Positions 24,796-37,716 of a stretch of 64,000 bases of DNA are shown one piece after another. The notes below the pieces were generated by a model that was given only the letters and a program-made list of their open reading frames with translations, was not told the DNA's origin and made no database searches. Location of the stretch: positions 30,442,001 to 30,506,000 of the forward strand of contig NC_043002.1 in NCBI RefSeq assembly GCF_006345805.1, written 5' to 3'. Position 1 is the first letter of the stretch, and every line of letters starts with the position of its first letter. The stretch comes from Octopus sinensis. Taxonomy: Eukaryota. The translations under genes and the position numbers were made by a program.

Positions 24796-24834
<39 letters not shown>

Positions 24835-25254
24835 CGCACATATATATATACATATATGTACATATATATATACATAAATATATATATATTTATATATATA
24901 CACACACAACATATGTGTATGTGCATATTTTATAAATAAATATATTTAGTATGTGTGTATATGTGTGCGCTTGTGTGCGTGGATGTATGCAAAACCGTAC
25001 GTGTGTTATGGGGAGGGTGTAACAGGAAAGTTACACACTTCGCTGAGATCAGTAAGCTTAACACTGGTGACAAGCAGATTATTTGAGCACGGCTGTGACA
25101 TAGAAATCTGGGAAGATTTCAAACTATTTCCTGCCTCTTTGACAACTAATTTCCAATTAGTTTGCGCTGTTTTCACTAATACTTACCCTTTAGACGCCTT
25201 GTTTACGGGGATGCTCACCACTATGTGCGCTGCGCGACTTTACACACACACACA

Positions 25255-25322
<68 letters not shown>

Positions 25323-25613
25323 AACATACACAGACTCATGCACGCACGCGCTCGCAAAGTTTTAACGTTTTCCCTCTGTGTGTAAATATATATCTGCTTT
25401 TCTCTGTTTGCCTCTTCTCTCTCCCTCTCTCTCTCTCTTTCTCTTTGCCTCTCTCATTCTTTCTCTCTCTCTCTCTTTGTTGATCTGTCTGTCTGTCTCT
25501 ATCTATTCCCACCGTCTCTCTCTGTCTCTCAAAATTAACAACCAGATCTGTACTTCACAATCAAACAGAAATTACAATCTATTTTAATTGTGTGCGCATG
25601 AGCAAGTGTGTAT

Positions 25614-25653
<40 letters not shown>

Positions 25654-25866
25654 ATGTCTGAGTTTATGTCTGTGTTTGTATGTTGATTTTTGTTATTAAT
25701 TACTGCGTTTGTTAATTAGTCTATGACCTTTGAAGCAACTTCTGCCCTGGTTTAATTCATTCGCTTGACGTTCAGAGTATTCTTCTAGCCAGATATATGT
25801 TTGTACGTGTATGTATATGCACGTACTTATGTATGTATATGCATGTATGTATATACTGTACGTATG

Positions 25867-25898
<32 letters not shown>

Positions 25899-26429
25899 TG
25901 TATGCATGTGTGTGTATGGATGGATGGATGGAGGGAGGGAGGGGAGGGATACATGTATGCACTTATGTCATGTAAGTTGTGTCATGGGAATAACTTTAAA
26001 CTACATGCGGTAGTGTTGCTCTGGTTCTAATGCTCCAGGATTTTGAAGAGGGTGGAACCACCTTTTAGCCACTATTGTTCCCATGACTGCTCTGACCCGT
26101 ACTAGCAGCACCCATCAGGGTCCCATGTATGTGCTAACTAGCATTCTTAATAACATTCTATCTGAACGCGGGGACGTACAATTTGTCTTGGCTGGCGACC
26201 GACCCATAGTTATGGTCACAACATCCTTCTAGAAAAGGGCCTGCAGTTTCATATGATTACTGGTCATCTCACTTCGGACTTTCACAGAAACCGAGAGAGT
26301 GGCACTCATACTATGCAAGCGTTTATCCCTATCATCCACTGGCGTACAGATGTCTCTTTATGTTAAAGTTATTTGTCCTTCCATGTACTAAATGTCCCAT
26401 GTCAATGGGAAAATCGCGTTGTGTGTACA

Positions 26430-26946
26430 ACTAAACAATTGGAAGTGCACAGTGAGTTATAACTTTTGTCTGTTTTTTTTCATTTGAACTATGCATATCT
26501 GCAGCTGAACTGGACTCCCATTTCAGGGGACATGGACCTTTATTTTCCTCCAGGGTACTGAGAACATTTGCTATACTATAGACTAGAGGTAAGTACCTGC
26601 ATTTGCTTGAGGTTGGCTGATGAACATTTGAAAGCAACTCTCTTGGTTGGATGTAGCAATTCCAAAGCAAATATTGATGATATCTTCAAAGCTAAACACC
26701 ATTTTCACAAATCTCATTAACCTTTTTCGCTGCTTTGTTTGTAGATTCGGATATGTGCACACTTGGTGTGATATAACTATCTTATTGCTAATGTCGCCTT
26801 CTTTGATAAACTTTTGGGAAATAAATATGTAGATTGTTTTTATTTGTGTATTCACTGAATTGTATTTAACAAAATGGTAATGCGGCATGTTCACATCATC
26901 CTCTCAGTTACTTGGCACACCGTGAATGAAGTTTAGTGACCCATGC
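26430..26946 (+). pseudogene. hAT transposase C-terminal dimerisation remnant and right end
   Basis: RLADEHLKATLLVGCSNSKANIDDIFKAKHHFHKSH* resembles the C-terminus of Charlie/SPIN-type transposases; possible TIR GTTTAGTGACCCATG at ~26932-26946. Confidence 0.6.
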
Positions 26947-27129
26947 TATAGGCTGTTCCAATTTTCTGTTTCTACGACTGTACAGTAAGGCTAGAAGATT
27001 CAGAACAATACAGAAATTATCTCGTCTCAAAGAAGTTCATATTCTACTTTTTCCTTTGGAATGTGTTGTGGATTTTCGTGGTAAAGCTCATTGCTGCTAC
27101 TATATGCGTATGTTCATATTTGCGTGTGG

Positions 27130-27216
27130 GTATCCGCTTGTTTCTCTCTGTACGTATAACAGCTTGGAGCTATGGTTCGTTAGCCAACGCACAATGGGTG
27201 ACGACTAGCCTATATG

Positions 27217-27311
<95 letters not shown>

Positions 27312-27525
27312 TATATCTACATATACATATACACACACACACAACACCACACATATATATATATGTATATATACGACGGTCATCTTCAGTTTCCGTCTAC
27401 CAAGTTCACTTAGAAGGCTTGGTCAGCCCGTGGCTATAGTAGAAGTCACTAACCGCAGTGGTAGAGAATCCGGAACCATGTGGTTGAGAAGCAAGCTTCT
27501 TACCTCACAGCCACTCCTGTGCCTA
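27130..27525 (-). mobile_element. SINE family A with degraded right arm
   Basis: Head at 27375-27525 is clear; internal (CA)n(TA)n tract. Confidence 0.7.
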
Positions 27526-27861
27526 TATAAACATATTTATGTATGCATGCATGTATCCATCTATCTCTCTATCTACCTAAATATGTACATATACACACAC
27601 ATATATATATATATACACACGTGAGTGTGAGTACGTAGGAGTGTACGTAAGTGTTTCTATGAGTGAGTGTGTGTATGTGTCTGTCAGTATGCATTAGTGT
27701 GGGCTTCGATTTATGCTGTGGGCGAATATATGCGGATGTATATATTCCTGTTCTTGTTTATATATAATTTGTATAAATGTAAGTACGTATGTGTGCGTGT
27801 GTATATGGTTACGTATGCATATGCATGTATCTACGGATGAAAACTATGTATATACGTACAA

Positions 27862-27929
<68 letters not shown>

Positions 27930-28634
27930 TGGATATTATATTTATATATATATATAGATATATATAGTATATATATATATATATATATAATTACTATATA
28001 TGTCTATTGGTATTTCTGTTCATATCTATCCCTACGTGTGCATGAATGTATCTATATGTTAACGTGTTTGAATGCGCGCGCGTATGTGATTGTGTGTGTG
28101 TGTGTGTGTGTGTGTAATTGTGTACGGGGGTCAGCTGTCAAAGATGTCTATTAATACCCCCTCTAAATATGTAACATGTCTTTACAGTCGACATTTTGCT
28201 GTAGAAATATGAAGAGGACTTTCAAAAAAGCAATATCACAGTTAATTCCTTTGACCTTTACAACTGGTTAATACAGAGACAACGCTGACGTTACTTTATC
28301 TCTCCTCTCACTGACAACACAGATCCAGGGATTCGTGTATACACATACCTATATCACAGCTACGTGTACGTGCGTTTGTGTGCGTGACAGAGAGTGTGTA
28401 TACGTGTACCAATGTATAAGCATTTATGTGTGAATTATCACCAACTTCTACACACAAACACACACATACATACATATGTATACATGTTCCTACGTGTATG
28501 AATGTGTATATACATTTGTATATATGTGTATATGTATTGTATAAAGTAAAGCCATTCTTGAGCCAGCTTCAAAGCTTGTGTCTGTGTATGTGTAATGAAT
28601 TATGTGCATGTGTTGGCTTGTATGAGGCGAACGG

Positions 28635-29030
28635 ACACCTGTCTTCGAAGAGACGTTGTACGTCGAAATCACATGATCTCTCAATTCCGGTGCCCATAAT
28701 AGACACATTTCTGTCTGCTAACGATACATATGTATGTTTTTATGCATCATGAGCCTATATAAATTGACTTATCAAGGCGAATACCGCAGTGTTGATCGTT
28801 CTAAGCAAACATCCTTGTACATAATGATCTCTTTTAGTATTAATAATGCTGGTGTGACTAATATCTCTATTTTAATAATCCTGCTGGCTATTTGCGACAT
28901 CAGTGAATGAAAAGTTACTATAATTCTATGTATTGGTGGCAGCGAGATTTGGCTGATATGCGGTGAGTATGTACCCGTCACTGAAGAGTTGCTGTACGTC
29001 GAAATCACGTAAACTGGTTGTTTCGGTGCT
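28635..29030 (+). ncRNA. Two hammerhead-like motifs in direct repeat, 336 bp apart
   Basis: Copy 1 (28645-28678): TCGAAGA-GACG[ttgta]CGTC-GAAA-TCA[ca]TGAT-C. Copy 2 (28977-29018): GTCA-CTGAAGA-GTTG[ctgta]CGTC-GAAA-TCACGTAAAC-TGGT. Confidence 0.6.
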
Positions 29031-29236
29031 TTTAGTAAACGTTTCTCGTCTATTACTGATATATACGTGTTAGTGTGTGTGTATGTGAGTGTGTGTATGA
29101 ATATGTGTGCGTGTGTGAATATGTGTGTGCGAATTTATGCAGTATGAGGAAGAGAAGATCTCGCGAAGCGAACAACTGATTATACGGCTTTTTAACAAAA
29201 CATGCATCCACACAAAGTTCACTTTTTGATATTAAT

Positions 29237-29400
<164 letters not shown>

Positions 29401-29622
29401 AATCTATATGTCAGCCTACATACCTACCTACATAGATAGATTGACAGATATATATATATATATAAGTTTCTTTATTGGCCACACAGATGGAACAAGTTAC
29501 AAGATAGAGCTTTTCTTTTGAGGGATGAAAAAAAAACAAAAGAAACAAAAAAAGGGGGCTGGCGTAGGTTTTCGATCAAGAGGGATCGTAAAAGGGAAGA
29601 AAAGAACAAAAAAAATAGATAA

Positions 29623-29678
<56 letters not shown>

Positions 29679-30361
29679 TTAGAAAGGCAGAAGATTACAG
29701 ATGTAACAACAAAAGAGACAGACCTCAATATCGCTGGAAACAGAGGTCTCCATATATTAAGTGTCAAAGATAAACGTGTAATAAAACTGCAACACCTCAC
29801 GACCAACAGCATGTATTGAACAAATCGATCTCGAGAAACTCAGAGACCTGAATGTAAGCGTTCTGTGGCTTTACACGCACGCACGCAACACACATTCAAA
29901 CACAGATACGCGCACACATGCACACATACACGCACACAACCAATAGAAAATCATTTATTCCGTATCCAACCTTATGGAGCTGTACATATTCCCGAATATC
30001 TCACATACATACATACATATATATATGTATACATATACACAAATATCTAAAAGATTGTTGGCAAAGAAAAACCTTCTGACAAAAAAAAAAAAAAAAAATT
30101 AGAACGGCAAAATAACGCAACTAAATACAAAACAGTATTTCATCTGAATTTGGTGAATAATATGATTTTCTTCCATCTCACGGATCTGAAACTCTCCATG
30201 GGGAAATTTCTGTCTTTTCACCCCCACCTCATCCCCAGCAGATTATGGTCATGTTTTGTTCCATCCTCGTCATCCTCTTCATCCTCATCATCCTCAACAT
30301 TATTATTATTGAATTAGGCATATTTGTTTAGATAAATAGATACAAATACACACCTCACACA

Positions 30362-30397
<36 letters not shown>

Positions 30398-30629
30398 CAC
30401 ACACATATATATATATATATTATATATATATATATGAGCGTGTGTATGTATACGTATTAATGATATATATATATATATAATGTGTGTGTTATAAATACTT
30501 AATAGTGAGTTTAAATATTATACACTCACAGCAGACATACATTCATGCATACATACATACATACATACATACATAAATATATATATATACATACATAAAT
30601 ACGCACACAGACAGGGACACAGACACACG

Positions 30630-30660
<31 letters not shown>

Positions 30661-31079
30661 GTATATATTGAAATTTATTGAAACAGATTTAAGTAGCCAA
30701 ATATGATGTTTTTGTTTTTTTTTTTAAATAAAAAACAAGCTAAGTGCTACGTATTTGATCTCAGCATCAACTTCAGAAACGCAGCTTTCTAAATAACAAA
30801 CCACTCGCTGCGAGGTTTCTATTTGGCCAATAACAGTCAATTAAAGTGCATCCAAATTGTTTGTTAGTTGTCTCCGACTCTTGAGACACAACACAAGTAA
30901 ACTCAATGCACTGTCACAGCATGGCATGTGTCTGTGTAAGCACACATACATATGAATGTGTGTGTCTGTTTATCGCTCTCTCTCTCTATATAAATTAAAG
31001 ACCTTTTTAAACATATATTACAATATATATATATATACTTATATACATACACACACACACCACACACACACACCACACA

Positions 31080-31123
<44 letters not shown>

Positions 31124-31144
31124 GTGATCTCTTGAGCACCACCA

Positions 31145-31325
31145 GCAAAAAAATTTTTTCCTCTGTCTTCCCTTCTCGGGATCTTTCCTTCTTTGTTTCC
31201 GACGAAGAGCTCCGCTCGAAACGTTAGATCCTCCTTCCCTTCTTTCCTGAGCGTCAAATAATACTTTAATTGTTCCACGTCCTCGCGTTGCTGTGTTTTC
31301 TTCTGTGCTTTCCTGTTTGGATTAA
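31145..31325 (+). mobile_element. Short (TA)n-flanked element with a hammerhead motif (core 31195-31229)
   Basis: GTTT-CCGACGA-A-GAGC[tcc]GCTC-GAAA-CGT-T-AGAT, U4>C in the core; followed by the TTCCTGAGCG motif shared with 34691-34867. Confidence 0.65.
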
Positions 31326-31486
31326 CTATATATATATATATATATATTGTTAATCCAAACATAAATAAAAATGTTGAATTAGATTCTTCCTTTAATTTGG
31401 AGGTTTCCAAAAAAGATTTCTAATATAGATTCTTCATATTTTGCTGGTAGCTTACTGGCTTAAATTTGCGGATATGGACATAATAC

Positions 31487-32035
31487 ATGTATATGATGTG
31501 TTGTGAATTTATGGAAAGAAATCCCATAAAAACTCAACAATTTTGTTAAAAATGGAGAAGAAGAGCGATATAAAAATCATGCAAATTCATGTTTGAATAG
31601 AATTAATTAAATTAATTTAATTTAATTAATTATATATCACTGTACTTTTCAGTGCAAGAAGTATAAACAAAATTTTTACAAAGGACTTGAGAAAGGAAAT
31701 AGAAGATAAATAATACCTAACTGGTCTCACATGTCTTTTTCTCATAAGGATTACTATGAATCTCCTTGATCCTATTCTGCTATTTCCTTTCTCAAGTCCT
31801 TTGTAAAAAATTTGTTTATACTTCTTGCACTGAAGAGTACAGTGATATATAATTAATTTAATTAATTCTATGCAACCATGAATTTGCATGATTTTTATAT
31901 CACTGTACGAAACGATCGTCTGCATGAATTAAAATTTTCTTATATATTTTAACATCTTCTCTTCCCCATTTTAAAGAAAATTGTTGAGTTTTATGGGATT
32001 TTTTTCCATAAATTAACAACACACCATATATACAT
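31487..32035. repeat. ~550-bp AT-rich foldback (long inverted repeat), probable MITE
   Basis: Arms of ~210 bp are reverse complements (e.g. CACTGTACTTTTCAGTGCAAGAAGTATAAACAAAA vs TTTGTTTATACTTCTTGCACTGAAGAGTACAGTG) around a ~70-bp spacer. Confidence 0.85.
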
Positions 32036-32344
32036 ATAAGGTTAGCACAAAGAACAAGGAAGCGGAACAGCATCGACCTGTTTAGAAATAGGAGCTAAAT
32101 CCCTAATATACAACTGCCAGTACGCAACTAATAACAGAAAAACAGTAGACGAGGAAGCGGTCAAAGAATCAAGATATTTAAAAAGCATACTTTAAATATT
32201 ATAGCTAGTTAATGTTATTTGACCTTTTCAATCGCCTATGTTACAACTGTTAATATCATCATTTTAAAATATTTACCGTAGACGATATTAATAGTAGTGA
32301 CATCTTATTTCGAGAGTAAATGCTTGAATGTTCTATGTTTATAT

Positions 32345-32545
32345 ATATATATAAAGTTAATCCAAACAAGAAAACAAAAAGACAACAACGCGAGGATGTG
32401 GAACAAATAAAGTATTATGGGCGTTCAGGAAAGAAGGGACTTGTCTGCAGTGCCAAGCTTTTCCGGATCAGTACCACTACGCCCCTCGTCCTCCGGTCTC
32501 ACCGGGAGACATGATTTTCTAGTAGCCATTCAGGAGAGGCGAGAA
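32345..32545 (-). mobile_element. Second, more degenerate copy of the 31145-31325 family
   Basis: AATCCAAAC..CAAC.CGAGGA.GTGGAACAA.TAAAGTATT..CGTTCAGGAAAGAAGGGA, flanked by (TA)n on both sides. Confidence 0.7.
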
Positions 32546-32548
32546 GGA

Positions 32549-32610
<62 letters not shown>

Positions 32611-32613
32611 ATA

Positions 32614-32647
<34 letters not shown>

Positions 32648-32659
32648 ATGTATAATTGA

Positions 32660-33950
32660 GAGAGAGTGATGGCTAGAGCTATGGAATCTTGCATGCATTA
32701 ATTTTAAGTCTCCTTATTAATAACGATGCTGTTAATATATCCCGTGAGAGACTTGAGAACATTCTGCAATATGAACATGGCATAACAGTGGTTTCTGCTC
32801 GATGTGTGCTACGTCTTCTGACATCTGATTTTAATCAGCAAACCAAGCTGATCTCATCACGGCAAAATTTGAAATTGTTTGACTCAGATCTAACAGGTGT
32901 CCTTGAACGTTTACTAGTCCAGGATGTGTTTTGGATTTATCACTTTGATTAAGAGACAAAGAGACAATCCACGCGGTGGAAATAACGTTGCCCATCTCCT
33001 CTAAAATGAGTCAATGTCGTGTCAGCTTCAGGCATGGTGGAGGCTTCTGTTTCTTGGGTTGCAAAATGCATTGTGTTTACTGACTATCATCAAAAGGATC
33101 TCACTATCAATGGAGAGTACTATACCAACTTGCTGAGGCATTTTCAAAAGGATATCGCGACCAAAGACCTAGAAAAACTGATGAAAGATGTCTTGTTTCA
33201 TCAGGACAATGCTCCAGCACACATGTCCTTGCTTTTAATGGCTGATCTGAATGACTTTCGCTTAGAACTAGTTGATCACCCCTCCCTATTCCCCTTATTT
33301 GACCCCATCTGGCTATCATCACTTCCCCAACAGGAAAAAACATTTGACTGAGAACCAATATCGCAATAATGCTGTAGATGACGTTTTTGCCACACTCTGT
33401 TTTCTCTTTAAATCTTTTACTCGTTTCAGTCATTTGAGTGTGGCCATGCTGGAGCACCGCCTTTAGTCGAGCAATTCGACCGAAAGACTTATTCTTTGTA
33501 AGCCTAGTACTTATTTTATCGGTCTCTTTTACCGAACAGCTAAGTTACAGTGTGCAAACATACCAGCATCGAGGACAAACACAGACACACAAACATATAT
33601 ACACACATACATATATACACCTATATACGACGGGCTTCTTTTAGTTTCCGTCTACCAAATTCCTTTACAAGGCTTTGGTTGGCCCGAGGCTATAGTAGAA
33701 GACACTTGCCCAAGGTGCCACGCAGTGGGACTGAACCCGGAACCATGTGGTTGGTAAGAAAGCTATTTACCACACAGCCACTCTTACGCCTATGCAGGAT
33801 TATTTATTCTTTAACAATGGGATTCAAGCACTGCAATACCGATGGAACAAGTGTGTGGACTGTAAGGGGTCTATAGTGAAAAATAAGTTTCCTTTGGTCA
33901 CAAACCTTGAGAGTATATTTGTCAGCCTATGAACTTCTCAGCCGACAATC
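32660..33950 (+). pseudogene. Mariner transposase remnant interrupted by a SINE
   Basis: VSARCV.RLLT, VQD..WI, TINGEYY, FHQDNAPAH, PPYSPYLTPSGYH.FP, then after the SINE GIQALQYRWNKCV..G. Confidence 0.85.
33410..33792 (-). mobile_element. SINE family A inserted in the mariner
   Basis: Full copy; transposase sequence resumes after it. Confidence 0.9.
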
Positions 33951-34103
33951 GGCTACGCGCGTGCGCCGTGTATGTACGTGTATCAAATAGCAACTATACG
34001 ACAAAACTTGTTGATTTATTGAAATATCTCCGCCTCCAGAGTATGTACCGAAATATGTGTGCGTGTATACATATATATTTACGCATGTACGCATGTATGT
34101 ATG

Positions 34104-34149
<46 letters not shown>

Positions 34150-34621
34150 ATTATATAGTCTGCATACGTGTGTATTTGTACATACAGTGAAATTTATTTA
34201 ATATCATAATTTACTGACCTGACCAGAAATATATATAGAAGAAGTGAAAACACATAAACATACATTCCATACATACTTTCCTATTGTTAAAACAAGCCTC
34301 GACAGCCATTTGCTATTTTTCATATAACCACACAATTGTATAAGTTCACTGTAGGAAGATATGTGACAGAAGTTGTCATATATTTTTTATTTATCTTTAT
34401 TTATGTATCAATTTATTTTGCAATACTACACTTTTTTTTAAAATTCTTTACGGCCATGTTGGGACATTGCACTCAGTGGTTTATTCAAATGCATGGGCAG
34501 TAATAATAATTTTAAGATTCGTATTTTAATCCTTATTTTTTTCTGTTTGTCAAAACGCTAAGTTACTAGATCGTAGGGAAGTCAACATCATATATATATC
34601 TATATATATATATATAGATAG

Positions 34622-34690
<69 letters not shown>

Positions 34691-34693
<3 letters not shown>

Positions 34694-34867
34694 CGTTAGC
34701 CACTACACACATTTTTTTCTCTCCTTGTTTTTTCTGTGTACCTTTCTGTAGAAGAGCGTAGGCTCGAAACGTAAAAGACTTTTTCTATTCCTGAGCGTTA
34801 TATTAATACATCTGTTTGTTTGTACACCACCTGTCTTCGTCTTTTTTTTTTTTTCGTAAACTTTCCC
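34691..34867 (+). mobile_element. Short microsatellite-flanked element with a hammerhead motif (core 34742-34777)
   Basis: CTTT-CTGTAGA-A-GAGC[gtag]GCTC-GAAA-CGT-A-AAAG. Perfect stems I and II, A6>U in the core; lies between (GATA)n and (TA)n. Confidence 0.7.
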
Positions 34868-35231
34868 TATATATATATATATATATCAATCAATATAAGA
34901 GTAACAAAAAATTCAAGAAAAATTTTCTGCCACCAGCGGTCAAGTGAGAAAATAGAAATAGTCACAAACTATATGATACATTCAACAAAATATTAAGGAA
35001 TGACCCTGAGAAGGTCGTTCGACTCACTTGAAAAGAGCAGCTAAAACTCAAAACCGCAAAAAAATAGTAGTAATTCTGAAACTAGAGGAAAATAAAAAAC
35101 ATTTACCCCCTTCAAACTTTGTACCCTGCAAGGTTTCAACATCTTCACGCAATCAAATTTAATTAAATTAAATTAAATCCGTTTACGCTTGGCTTGTCTT
35201 ATATATATAATGTATGTATATGTAAAAACTT

Positions 35232-36205
35232 CTTGCGATGCACTTAGACGGATCTTTAAGCGCATCATGAAAGGATGTACAGGATAACTGGATATGTCAA
35301 ATCTGACATTCTCATACAAGTTATCAAACCAGGATCGATGGCACCCCAGCGTGTGTACATTTAGTGATTCTCATTCCATTTCTAATTGCTAACTTCACAA
35401 ACCAACTTCTGCCTCCCTAGCACCAAACTTCATGGCTCTTTGCTGAGTAGCTCTTGAGATACCTAGCAATCGGTAGACTCCAGAGTGGAAATGTCCTCTG
35501 AAATCTCTGTACTTCCCCTCCATGGGACCTCTCATTGCTTCGTTATAGCTTTACTTGCTTGGCGTATCTTATTCACTTCCTCCCATTTTCTTCTTCAAGT
35601 CTACCGGCCAACTGAAGTGTGAGTTCTCACAGAAACACCCGTTTCTATGCGTTCAAAATTAGAACCGTGTCTGACATTGCAGGTGTTCAAGTAACTGTTT
35701 CTGGAAACACCTTTATTTCCTTAAGTCGATGTTCAGTTTCTTGAAGGCCCATGTATTGGCAGCCGGTGACATTTTCACTCCAACCTCCAGAAGAAAGTGT
35801 CGCTTTCTTCATTGGAGAAAGGCATTTTTAGTGACTAGTTACGCTGCAGATAGTGACGGCTATGGTCTTCAGAAACTGCTTACGCAACTAGCGGTAGCGC
35901 CCCTTGCCTAGAGCTTTTCGACAGCATCAAAGGATGTGCCCCAGATTACCTTTATCCAGGCATAAGGTGCAAGCTAGGGATTCCAAATTTCTACAGAAGC
36001 ACAGGTTACATGTACTCGATAGAACGTCATAAACTGCCTGTATTAGGAATCTTATCAATTGGGATTCGAAAGCAGGCTCCCTGATGCCAGTTTGCTCTTC
36101 CTTATGCGACACGCGCTCATCATTCTCAACCAAGTAATTTCCTTGTAGCTCGTCATAGCGATGAGCTGCTTGCCCTGGACACCCATTCGCTACGACACCC
36201 ATCAC
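35232..36205 (-). pseudogene. HERO/R2-like RLE non-LTR retrotransposon, 3' remnant
   Basis: Minus strand FLIQAVYDVLSS..NL..ESLACTLCLDKGNLGHIL*CCRKALG.GRYR (zinc knuckle plus RHD-like region), then SDTVL..ELT (PD..E nuclease) and a 3' UTR ending GTGCATC. Confidence 0.75.
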
Positions 36206-36699
36206 CACTCTATACATTAACCACGACTTTCCAGCTTTTATCTTTGCACAAAGAATTCAGATAATTAAAAGTGTGTGTGTGTGTGTGTGTGTGTTTGTTT
36301 GTGAGTGTGTAGTTGTTTGTAAGTTCATATGGGTGTGCGTGTACACCGCTATTAACCACAAAGCTTAGCTATGCATGTACATAAAACTGTTTAATCATTC
36401 CCGCCTTTTTCTTCTGCTTCATTGAACTCACATTAAAATACATTCTCTCCTCTCCCGCTTCACCCCTCTCTAAGTTAGTCCCTATTTCAATATTTCCCTT
36501 AAACAACTTTATTGAATACATACTTATATTCTTAAATATACATCGTAGAATTATAGAAAAAAAAAGTTAAATTATCTTTTTGATATTTATATATTAATTT
36601 TGTCATCTGTTATATTTTTTATGTATTTTCATGACAAATTTTACTCTTTCGTTCCGTAAAATTTTCGTGTTTCCTTCCCCTCTCTGTTCCGTTTGTTTC

Positions 36700-36886
36700 T
36701 CTCTAACCATCTATCTAGCTATATTGTTCCTTTCTGCGTGTTTGTTTTAAATTGCTTTTATCTATCATCTGTCTGTCTATCTACCTATCTATCAATCTAT
36801 CTTTATCTATCTACCTTCCAATCTGTCTATCTATCTATCTATCTACCTATCTATCAATCTATCTTTATCTATCTACCTTCCAATCC

Positions 36887-36954
<68 letters not shown>

Positions 36955-37039
36955 GTCTATCTATCTATCTATTACCCTACCTTTCTATCTGCTTATCTAT
37001 CTACTTATCTATCTATGTATCTATATAATTATCAATCTG

Positions 37040-37076
<37 letters not shown>

Positions 37077-37130
37077 TATTTATCTATCTGTCTGTCTGTC
37101 TATCAACCTATCAATATACCTACACCTTTA
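36700..37130. repeat. Compound (CTAT)n microsatellite
   Basis: Seen directly. Confidence 0.9.
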
Positions 37131-37685
37131 TCTCTTTCCCTTTATATCTCTTTCACGGCTTTTTTAAAATGCTAAAATACTTTGTTCGTATCACTGCACT
37201 TGCTTATTAATAATAATTTTCTCATTTGTATGATCCTCTCTCTACGTATATCTCTCTGTCTATCAACCTACCTACACCTCTATCTCGTTTACTTTGTATC
37301 TGTTTGTCTGCATCTTTCTTTAATACTTAACACTTAATTTCAACGATCTCACTTATTTACAAATAATTCACTCATTTTCTTTTTAATCCTCTCTTTCTTT
37401 CTCTGTATCTGTGTCTCATACGATCCCCTTTTCTCTTTCCGTTTTACTCTCTCTTTCTCTTTATGTCTGTCTGTCTGTGTCTCTCTCTCTTCATCTATCA
37501 TCTATCCTCCTTGTCTTTTTCTTTTTTCTTTTCATTTTTCATTCTCCGCATGACTCTCATCCATTCAAAATCCGTTACCACTTATATTTTCTCGTTGTCA
37601 AATTGTCTTCTCTTCAGCTTTCGATGTCTCCCACCTCCCCCGTCAAAACCCATACCAGACCTCCTTCCTATGACAAACACACACA

Positions 37686-37716
<31 letters not shown>

